IMG/VR virus record: IMGVR_UViG_3300037755_000305
Location: 64,001-128,000 of that record
Strand: one strand, 5' to 3'
Length of the DNA stretch: 64,000 nt
DNA from: a virus
The translations under genes were made by a program, and so were the position numbers. Positions within the stretch are counted from its first letter, which is position 1; each line of letters opens with the position of its first letter. Of the stretch, positions 19,167 through 27,332 are shown piece by piece. The notes under the pieces are model-generated. The model searched no databases, was not told where the DNA came from, and saw only the letters and a list, made by a program, of their open reading frames with translations.

Positions 19167-19885
19167 GGGACTACCGGCTTCTTGGCTGGAGTTCCCCAGA
19201 TTTCGTCAACAACGCCGTTGGCAACCATTTCCTTAGCGTCCATCCACAGTTCCCCGCCCCCACGGGCATTGAAGCCCCAAAACGCTACACGGTCCTTGTG
19301 GGTGCGAATCTTCTTCCCTGTCTCGGGGTTTAGTGGTGTTGTTCTACGCGCCATCTGATCGAGCCAGCGGTCGTTCTCGCGCTCTTCCCACGCCATTCGG
19401 TCCTTGGCGTCTGGCCAGTGCATGTCTTCCGAAACGTCTGTAGTGCCAGCGTGCCACATGAAGGAGGCGTGCGGGAGAGCATATCGGCTTCCGGTACCGG
19501 AAGCCAGAAGCAAACAAGCTGCCGAGGAACAATTTCCATAAGCGACTGTGTGTACTGGATTATCCATGATGGACATTATGTCGATGATAGCCCACATTTC
19601 GTGCAGCCAACCACCAGAATTGTTTAGCCACAGCTCGATCGGTCCTGGACTTTTGTCTAGGTGCATCAAATTTCTGGAGACGTATTCAATACCTATGTCG
19701 TGACTTTCTTCGGACGGACCCATCCAGTGATGGTTGTATATTCTTCGTGCTCGGAGATCGCAACCGTAGTCGTGCAGGAAATTGAAAACGGTAGGATTGT
19801 CGTACTTGGGTCCGGCCATTTGCGTGTATCTCCAGGGAGTTAGGTGTGTACCTAGAGATAATTTGGTCCTTCCTAGGATCGGCAA
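19163..19885 (-). CDS. ClpP-like serine protease
   Basis: LWLNNSGG, CSSAA (nucleophile Ser), SFMWHAG (His), LWMDAKE...GVVDEI; the true start may be ATG 19819. Confidence 0.82.
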   Translation of the reverse strand: MPILGRTKLSLGTHLTPWRYTQMAGPKYDNPTVFNFLHDYGCDLRARRIYNHHWMGPSEESHDIGIEYVSRNLMHLDKSPGPIELWLNNSGGWLHEMWAIIDIMSIMDNPVHTVAYGNCSSAACLLLASGTGSRYALPHASFMWHAGTTDVSEDMHWPDAKDRMAWEERENDRWLDQMARRTTPLNPETGKKIRTHKDRVAFWGFNARGGGELWMDAKEMVANGVVDEIWGTPAKKPVVP

Positions 19886-19949
19886 ATCTAATACCCTGGG
19901 GGATCGGCAACATAAAGAAAGGCCCTCCCAGGGGTCTTATTTATTAGCT

Positions 19950-20110
19950 AGACTAAAGAATAGTCTCAGGCTCCACGAGAGCCCTACATCAGACTTACAC
20001 CCCGCTGTCCGGCGAGAGGGTGGCCGCGACGGACAGACCCCATATCCCACAGAGTCGCACGGACTCGTCCTGTCCGTCGCGGTAATTCTGGCTGTGTAAG
20101 TCTTGAAGAT
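19950..20110. ncRNA. Candidate structured non-coding RNA
   Basis: Perfect stems 19991-20000/20094-20103 (10 bp) and 20024-20036/20070-20082 (13 bp), plus hairpins 19950-19966, 19969-19983 and 20052-20066, in a gene-free gap. Confidence 0.55.
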
Positions 20111-20111
20111 C

Positions 20112-20450
20112 TTAGTAGAAGCCTTCACCGATGGGCATACCCAGCCAGCCGCCTTCTGAAGATCCGTGAATTCTCTTGATGATAGTTTCCCGATCAGGAG
20201 TGGGCATGAGCCACGGACTCTTTTTGTCACCTAAGGATTCGAACAAAAGTGTCCGTTCCTCTACCCATTTGTAGAGTTCTTCCCATTCGCTATCAGACGC
20301 CGAAGCATTGATTGATTTAGTCGTCGCTGTCATCGCTGCCAGTATCCCAGTGCAGTAGAGGAGCCAAGGAATGGTTATCCTGTCCGACTTCCTTCTTGTC
20401 TCCCTTGTCTGGCAACTGAGTAAAGTCCTTCTTTTCTTCCTTATCTGCAC
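20112..20450 (-). CDS. Hypothetical protein with one hydrophobic segment
   Basis: 112 aa ORF; start uncertain. Confidence 0.4.
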   Translation of the reverse strand: MQIRKKRRTLLSCQTRETRRKSDRITIPWLLYCTGILAAMTATTKSINASASDSEWEELYKWVEERTLLFESLGDKKSPWLMPTPDRETIIKRIHGSSEGGWLGMPIGEGFY

Positions 20451-20467
20451 CGCTCTGCGGTTGCAGA

Positions 20468-20674
20468 CTAGTCTTCTTGTCGGACATCTTTGTTCTCCCC
20501 AAGAACTTTGCTAGAAAGGTCTACGACGGCCCATTTGTCGTCGCGAATCTCAACCAGCGAAAGCCCCGATGCTTGCAATTGTGCCTGGGTAGTTACCGGA
20601 TCGAAATCTTCGCCTCCACACCAAACCAGGGTTTCTCCTGTCTTATTATCCATTCGCGAGATAAGTCTCATCAT
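20468..20674 (-). CDS. Hypothetical protein
   Basis: 68 aa ORF overlapping the upstream stop. Confidence 0.5.
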   Translation of the reverse strand: MMRLISRMDNKTGETLVWCGGEDFDPVTTQAQLQASGLSLVEIRDDKWAVVDLSSKVLGENKDVRQED

Positions 20675-21132
20675 TTACCTACATTTGGGTACACATTGCG
20701 AATGTGTGCCTCTATAATTTTTCTGGTGTAGTCTGCCATCGACAATTTTCTGTCCCGTGCTATTACCTGTAGGGCATCACGGTATGGCTTCTTCAGCTTT
20801 AGCCCAACGCCGATTTCTCGATCTTCATCGACGGCTTTTTGCTCAGCACTCATTACGGTACTACGGTTAGCTAAATTGGCAAGTTCCACGCATCTGGATT
20901 GAACATCTCCTTGCGGAAACATGCTTTGTACGGCTGATCTGATTTCTCCGACTCGCTTCGGGTTCCTCATCATTCTGGCTACCGTGTGCATATCAGCGTG
21001 GCACCCGGAACATAAGCTTACCAAGTTATCTGGTCCGTCTGAGCCTCCAAGAGACTTTGGAATCTTGTGATGCTTATGCACAAAATCCAACGACTTCTGG
21101 GCGTGGCAGATATAGCAGACGAAACTTCCCAC
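20671..21132 (-). CDS. HNH domain protein with C-terminal ribbon-helix-helix-like segment
   Basis: CYIC...HHKIP-x-x-x-GG-x-D-x-x-x-NL-x-x-LC-x-x-CH; C-terminal LKLKKPYRDALQVIARDRKLSMADYTRKII. Confidence 0.8.
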   Translation of the reverse strand: MGSFVCYICHAQKSLDFVHKHHKIPKSLGGSDGPDNLVSLCSGCHADMHTVARMMRNPKRVGEIRSAVQSMFPQGDVQSRCVELANLANRSTVMSAEQKAVDEDREIGVGLKLKKPYRDALQVIARDRKLSMADYTRKIIEAHIRNVYPNVGK

Positions 21133-21356
21133 TAGCTCTTCTTTCGTACAGCAATCACTGTTCCAGCTAGAGTGAAGACACCAGCAATAATAGCAGCAAC
21201 AATCACACCGTTTCCATCTCCGGTCGGAACATGGTTTTCGATGACGATAGTCTTTTGGGGTGCTGTATTCTGCTCGTACTGGTAATCTCCTCCACCTCCA
21301 GCAAGGGCAATAGTCGGAACCAGAATCAACATCGTTACAATCAGCCTAGCGACCAT
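21132..21356 (-). CDS. Small membrane protein (two hydrophobic segments)
   Basis: N-terminal signal/TM helix and C-terminal TM helix ending in RKKS. Confidence 0.55.
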   Translation of the reverse strand: MVARLIVTMLILVPTIALAGGGGDYQYEQNTAPQKTIVIENHVPTGDGNGVIVAAIIAGVFTLAGTVIAVRKKS

Positions 21357-21358
21357 GA

Positions 21359-21622
21359 TTATAGGACCTCTAGTACACCCGCCCGAACGAGCTTCTCGAT
21401 ATTGGACTGCTTTACGGCTTCCCGATCGACATCCTTACGGCTGAACATGTCAATGGTCTTTCCATTGGCAATTCGGACCGGCTTGACTTCAACGGAATAC
21501 TTTACACCGTCGTCGTCAGTCTTTAGGACAGGGTTTCGGAACACAACGATAGCTTCACCCGAAGCCGAGTTGCGTACCTTCAGGGACCCTGCCGATAGTG
21601 CGCGATTCAATGTTGCAGACAT
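21359..21622 (-). CDS. Hypothetical protein, similar to the N-terminus of 34853-35554
   Basis: Shared pattern V-[RK]-N...QSN...L...G-[VI]-L. Confidence 0.55.
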   Translation of the reverse strand: MSATLNRALSAGSLKVRNSASGEAIVVFRNPVLKTDDDGVKYSVEVKPVRIANGKTIDMFSRKDVDREAVKQSNIEKLVRAGVLEVL

Positions 21623-21639
21623 TACGTCCTCCTTGGCCG

Positions 21640-24078
21640 CTACGCGGCGTCGTTCACAGACTGGGCGTAAATCGAGTCCCAGTTCGTTACTTCCAAAATA
21701 AGAGACCTACCTGATACCGAACCTGTGGCTCTGGCAGCTCCAGCACCGCTGTCCCCGGCGGCAGCACTTCCTGAAACTGGGGTGTCTGTCACTACAGATT
21801 TAGCATTGCTGGCTTTGGGAAGTGCTCCCCGCTCTCGTAGCATCTTTCTATGCTTAGCTACAGCATCTTGGTCAATTTCGCTGTCAGCCTTGGTGGGAGC
21901 CAGAGGATCTTCTCCCAGACCCACCAAATTCTTCATCCATCCGCCAACATCCAGAGACGTTTCTGCGGCCTCTTTGGCGTCAATCAAACCAAAAGTCAAA
22001 GCACTGATGGCTTGACCCACACCAGCAGCAGCGTATTCCGCCATACTGGGATCAACTTTGCCAAAAATCTCAGATGCGTTGTACACTCCATAAGCAAATC
22101 CACCAAGCGCCGTAATAGCAGCACCAATGGGACCGGCCTTGCCAGCAATTCCAAGGATTCCCTTCATGCCCGTCATGGCACCACGTCCTAGCATTCCGGC
22201 TCCTTTGCCCATCATAGCGCCAGCTCCCCTAGCAAATGTGGGCATAGACTTAGATAGTCTGCCAACCATGCCAGCGCCTTTGCTCGTGCCGGGAAGAGGA
22301 ATGTTACCCAGGAGTCTTCCTAAGCCTTTTCGAGCCATCAATCCAGCAATAACCACACCAAGACTAATAGGAAGACTGGCCAACAGCGCGGGAATGGTCT
22401 TCACAGAATTAAGCATGCCACCCATCCAGGCCGTTACTTGGTTAGCGGAAGCCCACTCTTCCCAAGCGGGCTTCTTACCGGCACCGGCCTCTTCAGCTAA
22501 AGCCTTTTGTGCGGCTGTTCCAGCCCCTCCCATTTCGTAAAACTGCTTCTGTAAGTCCCGCATGCTAACCTTGCCAGATCTAGCAGCGTTGACCATAGCA
22601 GAAGCGTCTTCGTCTTCCTTCCACTTTTCTCCAAAAAGAGCAGCCGCTTGCTGGTTACCTTTGTCTCCAGACAATCCCTTAATCTTGGTAGCTAGCAAAT
22701 TCGCTTCTGCAACCATGTACTGCGCATCTTGGATAGAAAGTCCCTTGGCAAGCAGGTCACCAACGTTACCTGTGGAGGCAGAAGCTCGCATGTCTTCCAA
22801 CATCTTCTGACTAAGAGCCGAAGAGTTTTCAACTGCTTTCTCGAAGGCAAACAAACTGTCGGAAGACATCAAGCTGCCTCGTTTTAGCAAATCAGCAATA
22901 ATCTCGCCTTCACTGCCGAATTCCTCCTTCAACTTCTCTAAGTGAGCTGTACGCTCGTCATCAGTCTTCAGCGCGTTCCACTCTGCCTGCATTGCATCAC
23001 GGAACTGCGTTATACCGACGATGTTGACCTTACCAGCCATTTCCATGTTCTTCTTGGCGCTAGCCAGTGCTGCTTCAGGTGCCTTACCCAAAGCAAGTTG
23101 CATCTGTAGTTCACGTCCCAGTGTCTCGGTCAACATGCGAGAGTTCTGATTCATGAAGCTAGCACCATAAGCCATTTCTTGGATAGCCGAAGCGAAAGCT
23201 TTAGAGTTCACAGAACCTTCACCGAATCTGTTGTTAAGTTCCCCTGTAATTTCCGTCATGTCCTTGACAGTATTCAGGGTATCGTCTAGTGTTTCCCCAA
23301 GCTTCTTATAGCCCTGGTCAGCCAAAGTTGCAATGTCCACCATACCCAAACCGCTTAGCTTGGACATAGCAGCCATACCGCCCCATTTCCGGGACATCTC
23401 GTCTACCTTGTCGCCAGTACCGCCGTAAGTTTCGGTAAGTTTGGCGAACGCTGCGTTAGAGTCTTCTGCCACGACGCCAAATTGTGCTGCTTGCACAGAG
23501 CCTAGCCTCATGGCCGCCATATATTTTCCGGTAGAAGTGGCCAGCTCTCCCATGGTTTTGTTCTGAATTTGCCCAGTACGTGCCATGATATCGAAACCTT
23601 GATTCATGTCACCAAGCACGATTCCAGCATCTCGAATAGCCGCCGTAAAGAGAGACAGTCCGGCAGGCATCTCGTTCAAAACATTTTGAAGACGTCCCAT
23701 CATACCACGGGACTCGTTTAGTTGTTTGTTGTATTCTTTTGTATCGTCAATAGCTTTTTTTCGAGCATCAGCGAGCTTTCCGTACTGGCTGATGCGTTCG
23801 CGCATCGAAATGGTGCCAGACTTCATAGTTTTGTCAAAGACTTTTTGTTGCTTTTCGAACGCTGCTAGACTATCCTTGGCCTTCAACAAAGACCGGGTAG
23901 CGCTCATTTTTTCCCATGCTTTGTCTGTACTTTTGACTAATTTTTCGATGGCACTAAGGCGTTTTGCCATCTCGCCTGCAAGCTTCACATCGGTCTTGGA
24001 GTAGCCTCCACCAAGACCGATATCGGGAGATGCTTTATGTCCTCCTCCAGCGCCCTTTAGAATATCAAGAATGCTCAT
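21640..24078 (-). CDS. Tail tape measure protein
   Basis: 812 aa, Ala/Gly/Lys-rich helical protein with a hydrophobic Gly-Ala segment, directly downstream of the chaperone/frameshift pair and the tube/sheath genes. Confidence 0.75.
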   Translation of the reverse strand: MSILDILKGAGGGHKASPDIGLGGGYSKTDVKLAGEMAKRLSAIEKLVKSTDKAWEKMSATRSLLKAKDSLAAFEKQQKVFDKTMKSGTISMRERISQYGKLADARKKAIDDTKEYNKQLNESRGMMGRLQNVLNEMPAGLSLFTAAIRDAGIVLGDMNQGFDIMARTGQIQNKTMGELATSTGKYMAAMRLGSVQAAQFGVVAEDSNAAFAKLTETYGGTGDKVDEMSRKWGGMAAMSKLSGLGMVDIATLADQGYKKLGETLDDTLNTVKDMTEITGELNNRFGEGSVNSKAFASAIQEMAYGASFMNQNSRMLTETLGRELQMQLALGKAPEAALASAKKNMEMAGKVNIVGITQFRDAMQAEWNALKTDDERTAHLEKLKEEFGSEGEIIADLLKRGSLMSSDSLFAFEKAVENSSALSQKMLEDMRASASTGNVGDLLAKGLSIQDAQYMVAEANLLATKIKGLSGDKGNQQAAALFGEKWKEDEDASAMVNAARSGKVSMRDLQKQFYEMGGAGTAAQKALAEEAGAGKKPAWEEWASANQVTAWMGGMLNSVKTIPALLASLPISLGVVIAGLMARKGLGRLLGNIPLPGTSKGAGMVGRLSKSMPTFARGAGAMMGKGAGMLGRGAMTGMKGILGIAGKAGPIGAAITALGGFAYGVYNASEIFGKVDPSMAEYAAAGVGQAISALTFGLIDAKEAAETSLDVGGWMKNLVGLGEDPLAPTKADSEIDQDAVAKHRKMLRERGALPKASNAKSVVTDTPVSGSAAAGDSGAGAARATGSVSGRSLILEVTNWDSIYAQSVNDAA

Positions 24079-24527
24079 TTCTTAGTGTTTGTAAGGCCCG
24101 CAGAGGCAACAAGTCCGAAAAATTCTTCTTTCGGCAAGTCTCCCATGTTTACGACCTCAGCTCCTTCAGGCATAGCCATTTCTGTGTGCAGTCCGTCGCC
24201 CTTGTTGGGGCTACCATGTTCCCCAGGGGATGTTGTCCGCCCCTTCGATTTTCCAAGGAGAGCATCGGGCAATTCCGGGTTTATACTAAGAGATAACGGC
24301 ACGAAGATTCGATTTTGGGGCGTGCCGGACCCCGAAACCTCTGATTGTAGCGCGAGCAGTGCTTCTCTGTCCCATAGGGTGCCTAAATGGTTGCCCAAAC
24401 GATTCCACGTATCCTCTTCCACTTTGGATAACCAATGGTAGGCGAAGAGCAGGTGCATCTCCGGGAGACTATTAATGTACTCCAGAGTCCAACCAGTTTT
24501 GGCTAAAACGAAGCCACGGACCGCCAA
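24075..24527 (-). CDS. Tail assembly chaperone frameshift extension (T-type ORF)
   Basis: Only a TTG start; its frame stays open upstream into the -1 frame of the slippery site at 24557-24563. Confidence 0.7.
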   Translation of the reverse strand: MAVRGFVLAKTGWTLEYINSLPEMHLLFAYHWLSKVEEDTWNRLGNHLGTLWDREALLALQSEVSGSGTPQNRIFVPLSLSINPELPDALLGKSKGRTTSPGEHGSPNKGDGLHTEMAMPEGAEVVNMGDLPKEEFFGLVASAGLTNTKK

Positions 24528-24550
24528 TTGAGGATCATCTTCCGTGGCTT

Positions 24551-25453
24551 CTAGGGCAAAGGGACATCACCCTCGTTTTCCCCATCGAGGATGGAAGTCA
24601 TGAGATTATCTAGGGCTCCCTTAGGATCAACCTTTTTGTTGTAGCTCTCCCACAGTTCCGCCAGCAAGGTCGAAGACGCTTGGCCACTCAAGAAATCCAT
24701 CATCATGGTGGCACCAATCACGCGAATTTCAGGAGGCGGGCTCATAGGAGCGAAAACTGGGCGCTCTTCGCCCTCAACCACAATAAGGTGGGCTTTAGGG
24801 ATAGGAACCTCGAACACTTTCCATACCGGTTCCCGATCAATCGCTACAACAGCGAAGGAAGTCAGAGCAATCTGAAGGTTGATTGCGTTTTCTCGCTGTG
24901 AGCCGGGCATAGAAAGAGTGTCTGCAAATCGCAGCGCTTGGGTAACTGCCCCAACGTCCAGAACCTTCATGGTGAAGACGTGATCGTTTACCTTAACCTC
25001 TTCCAGTGGAATGCGATCAATTCCGAAATCTTCTCGAAGTTTGGACAGGATAGAGTTTGTATTTTTGGCGGAAGTCGGAGCCGGAGCCGTCTGGTCGGGA
25101 GCCGTCTGCGCTGCTATCCCCTCGGGGAGTCTCGGTTCTACCGGGGTATACTTGGGCTGAGCCAATGATGGGTCCACAGTGATCCCTGTACCCTCTTGTG
25201 GCTCCGCAGGAGGCGTTCTGGGAGGAACTTCGGTTCGGGGTAGGGGTTGGGGGGCAATCGCCTGAGGGACTCCCTGGCGAACGCTTGTGAGCCTATCGCC
25301 CAGTGCAGCGTGTGCGGGATCAGACATTACTGCCGTTTCAGCTTCTCGCGTCTGGGCGTCTCTGTGCTCAGCCAATTTTCTATGGTATTCCGGGTTATCC
25401 GCCGGAGGCATCATTTGATCTAAGGGATTGTTTGGGTCTCGTTCGTCCGCCAT
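24551..25453 (-). CDS. Tail assembly chaperone (G-type) with Pro-rich N-terminus
   Basis: Lies between tube and tape measure genes; slippery site at its 3' end. Confidence 0.65.
   Translation of the reverse strand: MADERDPNNPLDQMMPPADNPEYHRKLAEHRDAQTREAETAVMSDPAHAALGDRLTSVRQGVPQAIAPQPLPRTEVPPRTPPAEPQEGTGITVDPSLAQPKYTPVEPRLPEGIAAQTAPDQTAPAPTSAKNTNSILSKLREDFGIDRIPLEEVKVNDHVFTMKVLDVGAVTQALRFADTLSMPGSQRENAINLQIALTSFAVVAIDREPVWKVFEVPIPKAHLIVVEGEERPVFAPMSPPPEIRVIGATMMMDFLSGQASSTLLAELWESYNKKVDPKGALDNLMTSILDGENEGDVPLP
24557..24563 (-). other. -1 programmed ribosomal frameshift heptamer C CCT TTG
   Basis: X XXY YYZ pattern in the zero frame two codons before the stop; the -1 frame runs without a stop into 24075-24527. 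Confidence 0.75.
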
Positions 25454-25464
25454 AAGTGATCTCC

Positions 25465-25495
25465 GTCTCTGCTACCAACCCGCAAAGTAGGGATT
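25465..25495 (-). promoter_or_regulatory. Conserved 31-nt upstream element, copy 3
   Basis: ACGTAAT-AATCCCTACTTTGCGGGTTGGTAGCAGAGAC; 2 mismatches; 11 nt before ATG 25453. Confidence 0.75.
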
Positions 25496-25535
25496 ATTAC
25501 GTCTCTGTTGCCAGAGGTTTAGCCTGGATATGCCT

Positions 25536-25766
25536 TTAGTGAATTGTACAGTTTTGCCATTCGGACTGCCCATTTAGGTCCGTCCGTAGCGCCCGTAACA
25601 TGAGGTCTATATCGGTATCTTCGACCAACCCAGACGACAAGATATCTCCACCACGAACCAGCGCCCAAGCGCAAACAGGAATGGATATTCTGTAGACTAG
25701 ACAGTGGTAGCTAAAGGCTCTACCGTTTTCGAATACCGGAAGCGCGTATAGATTTTTGTCCAACAT
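25536..25766 (-). CDS. Hypothetical protein
   Basis: 76 aa ORF with ACTAAAG 10 nt upstream. Confidence 0.45.
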   Translation of the reverse strand: MLDKNLYALPVFENGRAFSYHCLVYRISIPVCAWALVRGGDILSSGLVEDTDIDLMLRALRTDLNGQSEWQNCTIH

Positions 25767-25786
25767 TCTTGGACTACTTTAGTCCA

Positions 25787-26377
25787 CTATAGACGGGGAG
25801 TTAGGGAAAGGCTGTCCCAATCGAATTTATTTCCCGGGTCCATGGGATTGGTGGGACCTACATCATCGCCGCTGCCCTCGACACCGCGACCGGCGCGTTC
25901 TTTTTCTTTAGCCTTTTGTTGAGCGGCGGGAGGTGCAGACGGCGCAGACAATCCAGGCCGATAGCCGTTCGTGTCTTTACCAATCATCTGGGATTGACGT
26001 GCAGCCTGTTCTTCAAGCTGTTGCTGCTGTTGTTGAGCAGCCAACGGATCTGGAGGAGTTCCGTCAGTAGGGACACCGGCCGTATCAAGAAGAGCATCCC
26101 AGTTTGTAGCGAAAATTTCTGCGCTGGTGTCGTGTGCTTTAGTGCCGTCCGAATGGTCCACGGCGTCATCATGATCTGTAGGATCATCCATAAGTGTGCT
26201 GGGGAATTCTACATCAGGAGTAAGAACGTCGGGGACCTCTTTATCGGGAGTAGGGGTAGCACTCTCGCCGGTCGTCCAGTTCAACGTAGCAGCAAGGGAT
26301 CTAGAGCCACGAAGGTATTCTTCATGACTCCTGATCCTATCCTGCGTAGTCCAGTTGATCTGATCGACTTTTGCCAT
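25787..26377 (-). CDS. Hypothetical acidic, Pro/Gln-rich protein with LAATLNW motif
   Basis: 196 aa; start overlaps the tube stop codon. Confidence 0.6.
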   Translation of the reverse strand: MAKVDQINWTTQDRIRSHEEYLRGSRSLAATLNWTTGESATPTPDKEVPDVLTPDVEFPSTLMDDPTDHDDAVDHSDGTKAHDTSAEIFATNWDALLDTAGVPTDGTPPDPLAAQQQQQQLEEQAARQSQMIGKDTNGYRPGLSAPSAPPAAQQKAKEKERAGRGVEGSGDDVGPTNPMDPGNKFDWDSLSLTPRL

Positions 26378-26898
26378 TAGCCAGCTACTCGTACTCGGGA
26401 GACGTAAGCAAGCTCACACTCGACCGTTACGATCGCGTCGCCGCCGGATTCCCAGTTATTGTTGTTCTTGGTCTGGAACCAGCAACCGCTGTATTGCCAC
26501 AGCTTGTTAAGTTCTGAACCTCGGAACAAATATTCCTGAGTAACCCACGGTCTAGTCTGGTCCATAAGGTCATCGAAGACCGACCCGAAGCCCAGCGTAA
26601 GCTCAAGCTCCTGATTCCAGACTTCCACGCGAGTGAAACTAACGGTGTAGCCAGTAGCCTGTCCCGGAACATAGTCGATCGGGCGACCCCAGGTTACGTG
26701 AGAAAGCTCACGAACATGGGCACCTTCACGGGTATAGGCATTAGGCTGCCATGACTGAATACGACCGATGATGTTACCGTCTACTACGATAGACATACCG
26801 TGGTACGTCTTGGTCGTAGGGGCACCAGCAGCACCCTGTTCGAGCGGCTGCACGGTAACGTCAAAGGCATTTGTCGCAAAAGGCGATGGGTTCGGCAC
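26377..26898 (-). CDS. Tail tube protein (contractile type)
   Basis: IVVDGNIIGRIQSW...E...P-x-DYVPG...RVEVW...Y-x-GCWF...ECELAY pattern; downstream of the sheath gene. Confidence 0.8.
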   Translation of the reverse strand: MPNPSPFATNAFDVTVQPLEQGAAGAPTTKTYHGMSIVVDGNIIGRIQSWQPNAYTREGAHVRELSHVTWGRPIDYVPGQATGYTVSFTRVEVWNQELELTLGFGSVFDDLMDQTRPWVTQEYLFRGSELNKLWQYSGCWFQTKNNNNWESGGDAIVTVECELAYVSRVRVAG

Positions 26899-26925
26899 TG
26901 GTTACTCTCCCTAAACGAAGTTGGA

Positions 26926-27309
26926 TTACGCTCCGAATTCGGACCTAAGGGCCCGAGCAAGAACGAACTCTCCATGACTTTCCAGAGCTGCTGCTGCTTC
27001 ATTGACGCCTGCGAGCATGTCACTCTTAGGCTCAGGCATGCGCTCTGAGGAAGGGTCTAGGAAAGGGTCTCGCTTCGTCTGATAATCGGCTTCCGGAACG
27101 TTATCGCCGAATTTTCCTACCTCGAAGTCTTGTTCTCCGTTTATTCCAAATCCGAAGAAGTCTTGAAGCAGTTTCTTACCCTCGGGCGACAAATCTACTT
27201 GCGTCGCAAGAACGTCGTAGATCTGGGCTGCAAGGGCGTGTTTTCCAACCTTTTCAGAATCAAGGTGGGCAGCAATACGACAGAGTGTGACAAGTTTTGA
27301 ACCTTGCAT
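26926..27309 (-). CDS. Hypothetical helical protein
   Basis: 127 aa; two L-x-x-x-A-x-x-L-x-x-x-G...LA helices. Confidence 0.55.
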   Translation of the reverse strand: MQGSKLVTLCRIAAHLDSEKVGKHALAAQIYDVLATQVDLSPEGKKLLQDFFGFGINGEQDFEVGKFGDNVPEADYQTKRDPFLDPSSERMPEPKSDMLAGVNEAAAALESHGEFVLARALRSEFGA

Positions 27310-27332
27310 TGTTTAGCTCCTTGCTAAGTGGG

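Noticed and set aside
19960-19995. Hammerhead ribozyme-like CUGAUG...stem...GAGA on the - strand
   Set aside because: Core residues deviate (CUGAUGU instead of CUGANGA, GAGA instead of GAAA) and no proper stems I and III are present.
19937-20230. 97-aa - strand ORF across the structured region
   Set aside because: It overlaps another ORF, has Ser/Arg/Cys-rich shadow-like composition and no SD; the perfect stems are better explained as RNA or DNA structure.
20451-20468. Sixth copy of the 31-nt element (GCTCTGCGGTTGCAGAC)
   Set aside because: Needs several deletions, lacks the AATC/TATAAT-like flank and points against the local gene orientation.
24576-24586. GGGGAAAAC as the chaperone slippery site
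   Set aside because: It is not phased as X XXY YYZ in the zero frame; C CCT TTG is correctly phased.
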